Source: Tubulanus polymorphus (taxonomy: Eukaryota > Animalia > Nemertea). Taken from it: DNA of 64,000 nucleotides. The position numbers and the translations under genes are program-made. Of the stretch, positions 1 to 9,800 are shown in pieces; positions within the stretch are counted from its first letter, which is position 1; the number at the start of each line of letters is the position of its first letter. The notes under the pieces are model-generated. The model saw nothing but the letters and a program-made list of their open reading frames with translations. It made no database searches and had not been told where the DNA came from. The stretch covers positions 6,677,304-6,741,303 of the forward strand of contig NC_134036.1 in NCBI RefSeq assembly GCF_964204645.1. Reading direction: 5' to 3'.

Positions 1-120
1 ACCGGGCCTTGATCAGCGTTACGACCCGGTGCAGTGAGGGAGGGAGGGAGGCACTAGGACAGTCGTCCGCCCGTTAGTCAGTGTGTCGGCGGTTGTTGTT
101 CGAAAAACGACTAAGTGCTG
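1..120 (+). repeat. Example 120-bp monomer, 'CACTAGGACAG/TTAGTC' type (7 substitutions relative to consensus)
   Basis: ACCGGG at 1 and again at 121. Differs from consensus at monomer positions 54, 59, 61, 70, 76, 86 and 94. This haplotype recurs throughout the window. Confidence 0.95.
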
Positions 121-245
121 ACCGGGCCATGAACAGCGTTACGACCCGGCACCGGTCAGGAAGGGAGGGAGGGTGGCAGTAGGTCGGTCGTCCGTCCGTT
201 CGTCAGTGTGCCGGCGGTGGTTGTTCGAAAAACGACTAAGTGCTG
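121..245 (+). repeat. Example 125-bp monomer, 'CATGAACAGC...CACCGGTCAGGAAGGG...GGTGGC' type
   Basis: ACCGGG at 121 and 246. CACCGGTCAGGAAG replaces TGCAGTGAG. Usually follows the CACTAGGACAG type. Confidence 0.95.
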
Positions 246-529
246 ACCGGGCCTTAATCAGCGTTACGACCCGGCACCGGTCAGGAAGGGAGGGAGGGTG
301 GTAGTAGGTCGGTCGTCCGTTCGTTGGTCAGTGTGCCGGCGGTGGTAGTTCGAACAACGACTAAGTGCTGACCGGGCCTTGACCAGCGTTACGACCCGGA
401 GCAGTGTGGGAGGGAGGGGGACAGTAGGTCGGTCGTCCGTCCGTTCGTCAGTGTGCCGGCAGAGTTGGTTGTTCGAAAAACGACTAATTGCTGACCGGGC
501 CTTGATCAGCGTTAGGACCCGGTGCTGTG

Positions 530-2360
530 AGGGAGGGAGGGAGGCAGTAGGTCGGTCGTCCGTCCGTTTGTCAGTGTGCCGGCAGTGATTGTTGTTCGAA
601 AAATGACTAAGGGCTGACCGGGCCTTGATCAGCGTTACGACCCGGCACTGGTCAGGGAGGGAGGGAGGGAGGCAGTAGGTCGGTCGTCCATCCGTTCGTC
701 AGTGTGCCGGCGGTGGTAGTTCGAAAAACGACTAAGTGCTGACCGGGCCCAGATCAGCGTTACGACTCGGTGCAGTGAGGGAGGGAGAGAGGCAGTAGGT
801 CGGTCGTCCGTCCGGTCGTCAGTGTGCCGGCGGTGGTTGTTCGAAAAACGACTAAGTGCTGACCGGGCCTTGATCAGCGTTACGACCCGGTGCAGTGAGG
901 GAGGGAGGGAGGCAGTAGGTCGGTCGTCCGTCCGTTCGTCAGTGTGCCGGCAGAGTTGGTTGTTCGAAAAACGACTAAGTGCTGACCGGGCCTTGATCAG
1001 CGTTACGACCCGGTGCAGTGAGAGAGGGAGGGAGGGAGGCAGTAGGTCGGTCGTCCATCCGTTCGTCAGTGTGCCGGCGGTGGTAGTTCGAAAAACGACT
1101 AAGTGCTGACCGGGCCTTGATCAGCGTTACGACCCGGTGCAGTGAGGGAGGGAGGGAGGGAGGCAGTAGGTCGGTCGTCCATCCGTTCGTCAGTGTGCCG
1201 GCGGTGGTAGTTCAAAAAACGACTAGGTGCTGACCGGGCCTTGATCAGCGTTACGACCCGGTGCAGTGAGGGAGGGAGGGAGGGAGGCAGTAGGTCGGTC
1301 GTCCATCCGTTCGTCAGTGTGCCGGCAGAGTTGGTTGTTCGAAAAACAACTAAGTGCTGACCGGGCCTTGATCAGCGTTACGACCCGGTGCAGTGAGGGA
1401 GGGAGGGAGGCACTAGGACAGTCGTCCGCCCGTTAGTCAGTGTGTCGGCGGTTGTTGTTCGAAAAACGACTAAGTGCTGACCGGGCCATGAACAGCGTTA
1501 CGACCCGGCACCGGTCAGGAAGGGAGGGAGGGTGGCAGTAGGTCGGTCGTCCGTTCGTTGGTCAGTGTGCCGGCGGTGGTAGTTCGAAAAACGACTAAGT
1601 GCTGACCGGGCCTTGATCAGCGTTACGACCCGGAGCATTGAGGGAGGGAGGGAGGCAGTAGGTCGGTCGTCCGTCCGTTTGTCAGTGTGCCGGCAGTGAT
1701 GGTTGTTCGAAAAATGACTAAGGGCTGACCGGGCCTTGATCAGCGTTACGACCCGGCGCTGGTCAGGGCGGGAGGGAGGGAGGCAGTAGGTCGGTCGTCC
1801 ATCCGTTCGTCAGTGTGCCGGCGGTGGTAGTTCGAAAAACGACTAAGTGCTGACCGGGCCTAGATCAGCGTTACGACTCGGTGCAGTGAGGGAGGGAGAG
1901 AGGCAGTAGGTCGGTCGTCCGTCCGGTCGTCAGTGTGCCGGCGGTGGTTGTTCGAAAAACGACTAAGTGCTGACCGGGCCTTGATCAGCGTTACGACCCG
2001 GTGCAGTGAGGGAGGGAGGGAGGCAGTAGGTCGGTCGTCCGTCCGTTCGTCAGTGTGCCGGCAGAGTTGGTTGTTCGAAAAACGACTAAGTGCTGACCGG
2101 GCCTTGATCAGCGTTACGACCCGGTGCAGTGAGAGAGGGAGGGAGGGAGGCAGTAGGTCGGTCGTCCATCCGTTCGTCAGTGTGCCGGCGGTGGTAGTTC
2201 GAAAAACGACTAAGTGCTGACCGGGCCTTGATCAGCGTTACGACCCGGTGCAGTGAGGGAGGGAGGGAGGGGGGCAGTAGGTCGGTCGTCCATCCGTTCG
2301 TCAGTGTGCCGGCGGTGGTAGTTCAAAAAACGACTAAGTGCTGACCGGGCCTTGATCAGC
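530..2360. repeat. Local multi-monomer duplication, offset 1111 bp (9 monomers)
   Basis: Identical ORF translations at 822 and 1933. The same run of rare variants (AAATGACTAAGGG, GACTCGG, GTGAGAGAGGG, TTCAAAAAA) appears at both places. Confidence 0.8.
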
Positions 2361-5300
2361 GTTACGACCCGGAGCAGTGTGGGAGGGAGGGGGACAGTAG
2401 GTCGGTCGTCCGTCCGTTCGTCAGTGTGCCGGCAGAGTTGGTTGTTCGAAAAACAACTAAGTGCTGACCGGGCCTTGATCAGCGTTACGACCCGGAGCAG
2501 TGAGGGAGGGAGGGAGGCAGTAGGTCGGTCGTCCGTCCGTTCGCCAGTGTGCCGCTGGTGGTTGTTCGAAAAACGACTAAGTGCTGACCGGGCCTTGATC
2601 AACGTTACGACCCGGTGCAGTGAGGGAGGGAGGGAGGCACTAGGACAGTCGTCCGCCCGTTAGTCAGTGTGTCGGCGGTTGTTGTTCGAAAAACGACTTG
2701 ATCAGCGTTACGACCCGGTGCAGTGAGGGCGGGAGGGAGGCAGTAGGTCGGTCGTCCGTCCGTTCGCCAGTGTGCCGCTGGTGGTTGTTCGAAAAACGAC
2801 TAAGTGCTGACCGGGCCTTGATCAGCGTTACAACCCGGAGCAGTGAGGGAGGGTGGGAGGCAGTAGGTCGGTCGTCCGTCCGTTCGCCAGTGTGCCGCTG
2901 GTGGTTGTTCGAAAAACGACTAAGTGCTGACCGGGCCTTGATCAGCGTTACGACCCGGTGCAGTGAGGGAGGGAGGGAGGCACTAGGACAGTCGTCCGCC
3001 CGTTAGTCAGTGTGTCGGCGGTTGTTGTTCGAAAAACGACTAAGTGCTGACCGGTCCATGAACAGCGTTACGACCCGGCACCGGTCAGGAAGGGAGGAAG
3101 GGTGGCAGTAGGTCGGTCATCCGTTCGTTGGTCAGTGTGCCGGCGGTGGTAGTTCGAAAAACGACTAAGTGCTGACCGGGCCTTGATCAGCGTTACGACC
3201 CGGAGCATTGAGGGAGGGAGGGAGGCAGTAGGTCGGTCGTCCGTCCGTTTGTCAGTGTGCCGGCAGTGATGGTTGTTCGAAAAATGACTAAGGGCTGACC
3301 GGGCCTTGATCAGCGTTACGACCCGGCGCTGGTCAAGGGCGGGAGGGAGGGAGGCAGTAGGTCGGTCGTCCATCCGTTCGTCAGTGTGCCGGCGGTGGTT
3401 GTTCGAAAAACGACTAAGTGCTGACCGGGCCTTGATCAGCGTTACGACCCGGCGCAGTGAGGGAGGGAGGGAGGGAGGCAGTAGGTCGGTCGTCCATCCG
3501 TTCGTCAGTGTGCCGGCGGTGGTTGTTCGAAAAACGACTAAGTGCTGACCGGGCAATGATCAGCGTTACGACCCGGTGCAGTGAGGGAGGGAGGGAGGCA
3601 CTAGGACAGTCGTCCGCCCGTTAGTCAGTGTGTCGGCGGTTGTTGTTCGAAAAACGACTAAGTGCTGACCGGGCCATGAACAGCGTTACGACCCGGCACC
3701 GGTCAGGAAGGGAGGGAGGGTGGCAGTAGGTCGGTCGTCCGTCCGTTCGTCAGTGTGCCGGCGGTGGTTGTTCGAAAAACGACTAAGTGCTGACCGGGCC
3801 TTAATCAGCGTTACGACCCGGCACCGGTCAGGAAGGGAGGGAGGGTGGCAGTAGGTCGGTCGTCCGTTCGTTGGTCAGTGTGCCAGCGCTGGTAGTTCGA
3901 AAAACGACTAAGTGCTGACCGGGCCTTGATCAGCGTTACGACCCGGAGCAGTGTGGGAGGGAGGGGGACAGTAGGTCGGTCGTCCGTCCGTTCGTCAGTG
4001 TGCCGGCAGAGTTGGTTGTTCGAAAAACGACTAAGTGCTGACCGGGCCTTGATCAGCGTTAGGACCCGGTGCTGTGAGGGAGGGAGGGAGGCAGTAGGTC
4101 GGTCGTCCATCCGTTCGTCAGTGTGCCGGCGGTGGTTGTTCGAAAAACGACTAAGTGCTGACCGGGCCTTGATCAGCGTTACGACCCGGCGGAGTGAGGG
4201 AGGGAGGGAGGGAGGCAGTTGGTCGGTCGTCCATCCGTTCGTCAGGGTGCCGGCGGTGGTTGTTCGAAAAACGACTAAGTGCTGACCGGGCCTTGATCAG
4301 CGTTACGACCCGGTGCAGTGAGGGAGGGAGGGAGGCACTAGGACAGTCGTCCGCCCGTTAGTCAGTGTGTCGGCGGTTGTTGTTCGAAAAACGACTAAGT
4401 GCTGACCGGGCCATGAACAGCGTTACGACCCGGCACCGGTCAGGAAGGGAGGGAGGTTGGCAGTAGGTCGGTCGTCCGTCCGTTCGTCAGTGTGCCGGCG
4501 GTGGTTGTTCGAAAAACGACTAAGTGCTGACCGGGCCTTGATCAGCGTTACGACCCGGAGCAGTGAGGGAGGGAGGGAGGCAGTAAGTCGGTCGTCCGTC
4601 CGTTCGCCAGTGTGCCGGCGGTGGTTGTTCAAAAATCGACTAAGTGCTGACCGGGCCTTGATCAGCGTTACGACCCGGAGCATTGAGGGAGGGAGGGAGG
4701 CAGTAGGTCGGTCGTCCGTCCGTTTGTCAGTAAGCCGGCAGTGATGGTTGTTCGAAAAACGACTAAGGGCTGACCGGGCCTTAATCAGCGTTACGACCCG
4801 GCGCTGGTCAGGGAGGGAGGGAGGGAGGCAGTAGGTCGGTCGTCCATCCGTTCGTCAGTGTGCCGGCGGTGGTAGTTCGAAAAACGACTAAGTGCTGACC
4901 GGGCCTTGATCAGCGTTACGACCCTGTGCAGTGAGGGAGGGAGGGAGGCAGTAGGTCAGTCGTCCGTCCGTTCGTCAGTGTGCCGGCAGAGTTGGTTGTT
5001 CGAAAAACGACTAAGTGCTGACCGGGCCTTGATCAGCGTTACGACCCGGTGCAGTGAGGGAGGGAGGGAGGGAGGCAGTAGGTCGGTCGTCCATCCGTTC
5101 GTCAGTGTGCCGGCGGTGGTAGTTCGAAAAACGACTAAGTGCTGACCGGGCCTTGATCAGCGTTACGACCCGGTGCAGTGAGGGAGGGAGGGAGGGAGGC
5201 AGTAGGTCGGTCGTCCATCCGTTCGTCAGTGTGCCGGCGGTGGTTGTTCGAAAAACGACTAAGTGCTGACCGGGCCTTGATCAGCGTTACGACCCGGTGC

Positions 5301-5809
5301 AGTGAGGGAGGGAGGGAGGCAGTAGGTCGGTCGTCCGTCCGTTCGTCAGTGTGCCGGCGGTGGTAGTTCGAAAAACGACTAAGTGCTGACCGGGCCATGA
5401 ACAGCGTTACGACCGGGCACCGGTCAGGAAGGGAGGGAGGTCGGCAGTAGGTCGGTCGTCCGTTCGTTCGTCAGTGTGCCGGCGGTGGTAGTTCGAATAA
5501 CGACTAAGTGCTGATCGGGCCTTGATCAGCGTTACGACCCGGCACCGGTCAGGGAGGGAGGGAGGGAGGCAGTAGGTCGGTCGTCCGTCCGTTCGTCATT
5601 GTGCCGGCGGTGGTAGTTCGAAAAACGACTAAGTGCTGACCGGGCCTTGATCAGCGTTACGACCCGGAGCATTGAGGGAGGGAGGGTGGCAGTAGGTCGG
5701 TCGTCCGTCCGTTTGTCAGTGTGCCGGCAGTGATGGTTGTTCGAAAAATGACTAAGGGCTGACCGGGCCTTGATCAGCGTTACGACCCGGCGCTGGTCAG
5801 GGCGGGAGG

Positions 5810-6805
5810 GAGGGAGGCAGTAGGTCGGTCGTCCATCCGTTCGTCAGTGTGCCGGCGGTGGTAGTTCGAAAAACGACTAAGTGCTGACCGGGCCTAGATC
5901 AGCGTTACGACTCGGTGCAGTGAGGGAGGGAGAGAGGCAGTAGGTCGGTCGTCCGTCCGGTCGTCAGTGTGCCGGCGGTGGTTGTTCGAAAAACGACTAA
6001 GTGCTGACCGGGCCTTGATCAGCGTTACGACCCGGTGCAGTGAGGGAGGGAGGGAGGCAGTAGGTCGGTCGTCCGTCCGTTCGTCAGTGTGCCGGCAGAG
6101 TTGGTTGTTCGAAAAACGACTAAGTGCTGACCGGGCCTTGATCAGCGTTACGACCCGGTGCAGTGAGAGAGGGAGGGAGGGAGGCAGTAGGTCGGTCGTC
6201 CATCCGTTCGTCAGTGTGCCGGCGGTGGTAGTTCAAAAAACGACTAAGTGCTGACCGGGCCTTGATCAGCGTTACGACCCGGTGCAGTGAGGGAGGGAGG
6301 GAGGCAGTAGGTCGGTCGTCCATCCGTTCGTCAGTGTGCCGGCGGTGGTAGTTCGAAAAACGACTAAGTGCTGACCGGGCCTAGATCAGCGTTACGACTC
6401 GGTGCAGTGAGGGAGGGAGAGAGGCAGTAGGTCGGTCGTCCGTCCGGTCGTCAGTGTGCCGGCGGTGGTTGTTCGAAAAACGACTAAGTGCTGACCGGGC
6501 CTTGATCAGCGTTACGATCCGGTGCAGTGAGGGAGGGAGGGAGGCAGTAGGTCGGTCGTCCGTCCGTTCGTCAGTGTGCCGGCAGAGTTGGTTGTTCGAA
6601 AAACGACTAAGTGCTGACCGGGCCTTGATCAGCGTTACGACCCGGTGCAGTGAGAGAGGGAGGGAGGGAGGCAGTAGGTCGGTCGTCCATCCGTTCGTCA
6701 GTGTGCCGGCGGTGGTAGTTCAAAAAACGACTAAGTGCTGACCGGGCCTTGATCAGCGTTACGACCCGGTGCAGTGAGGGAGGGAGGGAGGCAGTAGGTC
6801 GGTCG
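5810..6805. repeat. Tandem duplication of a 4-monomer block (487 bp)
   Basis: ORFs at 5967 and 6454 are near-identical. CCTAGATC/GACTCGG, CAGAGTT and GAGAGAGGG/TTCAAAAAA repeat at +487. Confidence 0.85.
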
Positions 6806-9800
6806 TCCGTCCGTTCGCCAGTGTGCCGCTGGTGGTTGTTCGAAAAACGACTAAGTGCTGACCGGGCCTTGATCAGCGTTACGACCCGGAGCATTGAGGG
6901 AGGGAGGGAGGCAGTAGGTCGGTCGTCCGTCCGTTTGTCAGTGTGCCGGCAGTGATGGTTGTTCGAAAAATGACTAAGGGCTGACCGGGCCTTGATCAGC
7001 GTTACGACCCGGCGCTGGTCAAGGGTGGGAGGGAGGGAGGTAGTAGGTCGGTCGTCCGTCCGTTCGTCAGTGTGCCGGCGGTGGTTGTTCGAAAAACGAC
7101 TAAGTGCTGACCGGGCCTTAATCAGCGTTACGACCCGGCACCGGTCAGGGAGGGAGGGAGGGAGGCAGTAGGTCGGTCGTCCGTCCGTTCGTCAGTGTGC
7201 CGGCGGTGGTTTTTCGAAAAACGACTAAGTGCTGACCGGGCCTTGATCAGCGTTACGACCCGGAGCAGTGAGGGAGGGAGGGAGGCAGTAGGTCGGTCGT
7301 CCGTCCGTTTGTCAGTGTGCCGGCAGTGATGGTTGTTCGAAAAACGACTAAGGGCTGACCGGGCCTTAATCAGCGTTACGACCCGGCGCTGGTCAGGGAG
7401 GGAGGGAGGGAGGCAGTAGGTCGGTCGTCCATCCGTTCGTCAGTGTGCCGGCGGTGGTTGTTCGAAAAACGACTAAGTGCTAACCGGGCCATGATCAGCG
7501 TTACGACCCGGTGCTGTGAGGGAGGGAGGGAGGCACTAGGACAGTCGTCCGCCCGTTAGTCAGTGTGTCGGCGGTTGTTGTTCGAAAAACGACTAAGTGC
7601 TGACCGGGCCATGAACAGCGTTACGACCCGGCACCGGTCAGGAAGGGAGGGAGGGTGGCAGTAGGTCGGTCGTCCGTTCGTTGGTCAGTGTGCCGGCGGT
7701 GGTAGTTCGAAAAACGACTAAGTGCTGACCGGGCCTTGATCAGCGTTACGACCCGGAGCAGTGTGGGAGGGAGGGGGACAGTAGGTCGGTCGTCCGTCCG
7801 TTCGTCAGTGTGCCGGCAGAGTTGGTTGTTCGAAAAACGACTAAGTGCTGACCGGGCCTTGATCAGCGTTACGACCCGGTGCTGTGAGGGAGGGAGGGAG
7901 GCAGTAGGTCGGTCGTCCATCCGTTCGTCAGTGTGCCGGCGGTGGTTGTTCGAAAAACGACTAAGTGCTGACCGGGCCTTGATCAGCGTTACGACCCGGC
8001 GCAGTGAGGAAGGGAGGGAGGGAGGCAGTAGGTCGGTCGTCCATCCGTTCGTCAGTGTGCCGGCGGTGGTTGTTCGAAAAACGACTAAGTGCTGACCGGG
8101 CCTTGATCAGCGTTACGACCCGGTGCAGTGAGGGAGGGAGGGAGGCACTAGGACAGTCGTCCGCCCGTTAGTCAGTGTGTCGGCGGTTGTTGTTCGAAAA
8201 ACGACTAAGTGCTGACCGGGCCATGAACAGCGTTACGACCCGGCACCGGTCAGGAAGGGAGGGAGGGTGGCAGTAGGTCGGTCGTCCGTCCGTTCGTCAG
8301 TGTGCCGGCGGTGGTTTTTCGAAAAACGACTAAGTGCTGACCGGGCCTTGATCAGCGTTACGACCCGGCACCGGTCAGGGAGGGAGGGAGGCTGTAGGTC
8401 GGTCGTCCATCCGTTCGTCAGTGTGCCGGCGGTGGTAGTTCGAAAAACGACTAAGTGCTGACCGGGCCTTGATCAGCGTTACGACCCGGAGCAGTGAGGG
8501 AGGGAGGGAGGCAGTAGGTCGGTCGTCCATCCGTTCGTCAGTGTGCCGGCGGTGGTTGTTCGAAAAACGACTAAGTGCTGACCGGGCCATGATCAGCGTT
8601 ACGACCCGGTGCAGTGAGGGAGGGATGGAGGCACTAGGACAGTCGTCCGCCCGTTAGTCAGTGTGTCGGCGGTTGTTGTTCGAAAAACGACTAAGTGCTG
8701 ACCGGGCCATGAACAGCGTTACGACCCGGCACCGGTCAGGAAGGGAGGGAGGGTGGCAGTAGGTCGGTCGTCCGTTCGTTCGTCAGTGTGCCGGCGGTGG
8801 TTGTTCGAATAACGACTAAGTGCTGACCGGGCCTTGATCAGCGTTACGACCCGGCACCGGTCAGGGAGGGAGGGAGGGAGGCAGTAGGTCGGTCGTCCGT
8901 CCGTTCGTCATTGTGCCGGCGGTGGTAGTTCGAAAAACGACTAAGTGCTTACCGGGCCTTGATCAGCGTTACGACCCGGTGCAGTGAGGGAGGGAGGGAG
9001 GCAGTAGGTCGGTCGTCCATCCGTTCGTCAGTGTGCCGGCGGTGGTAGTTCGAAAAACGACTAAGTGCTGACCGGGCCTTGATCAGCGTTACGACCCGGT
9101 GCAGTGAGGGAGGGAGGGAGGGAGGCAGTAGGTCGGTCGTCCATCCGTTCGTCAGTGTGCCGGCGGTGGTAGTTCGAAAAACGACTAAGTGCTGACCGGG
9201 CCTAGATCAGCGTTACGACTCGGTGCAGTGAGGGAGGGAGAGCGGCAGTAGGTCGGTCGTCCGTCCGGTCGTCAGTGTGCCGGCGGTGGTTGTTCGAAAA
9301 ACGACTAAGTGCTGACCGGGCCTTGATCAGCGTTACGACCCGGTGCAGTGAGGGAGGGAGGGTGGCAGTAGGTCGGTCGTCCGTTCGTTGGTCAGTGTGC
9401 CGGCGGTGGTAGTTCGAAAAACGACTAAGTGCTGACCGGGCCTTGATCAGCGTTACGACCCGGAGCAGTGTGGGAGGGAGGGGGACAGTAGGTCGGTCGT
9501 CCGTTCGTTCGTCAGTGTGCCGGCGGTGGTTGTTCGAATAACGACTAAGTGCTGACCGGGCCTTGATCAGCGTTACGACCTGGCACCGGTCAGGGAGGGA
9601 GGGAGGGAGGCAGTAGGTCGGTCGTCCGTCCGTTCGTCATTGTGCCGGCGGTGGTAGTTCGAAAAACGACTAAGTGCTTACCGGGCCTTGATCAGCGTTA
9701 CGACCCGGTGCAGTGAGGGAGGGAGGGAGGCAGTAGGTCGGTCGTCCATCCGTTCGTCAGTGTGCCGGCGGTGGTAGTTCGAAAAACGACTAAGTGCTGA

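Noticed and set aside
101-108. A-tract-driven DNA curvature
   Set aside because: There is only one A5 tract per monomer, not the ~10-bp phased tracts needed for intrinsic bending.
190-235. Hammerhead ribozyme (satellite-encoded examples are known): CTGACGA on the minus strand, CGAAA on the plus strand
   Set aside because: The CUGANGA and GAAA boxes lie on opposite strands. The minus-strand consensus has no GAAA after a stem II, so the catalytic core cannot be assembled. An Infernal/Rfam scan of a dimer would settle it.
219-237. tRNA T-arm / Pol III B-box resemblance (GGTTGTTCGAAAAACGACT hairpin)
   Set aside because: GTTCGAAAA lacks the terminal C of GTTCRANNC, and no cloverleaf or convincing A box is evident. 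It is only a weak wobble-containing hairpin.
318-336. CENP-B box-like TTCGTTGG in one monomer type
   Set aside because: It matches only the first half. The required A..CGGG positions of TTCGNNNNANNCGGG are absent.
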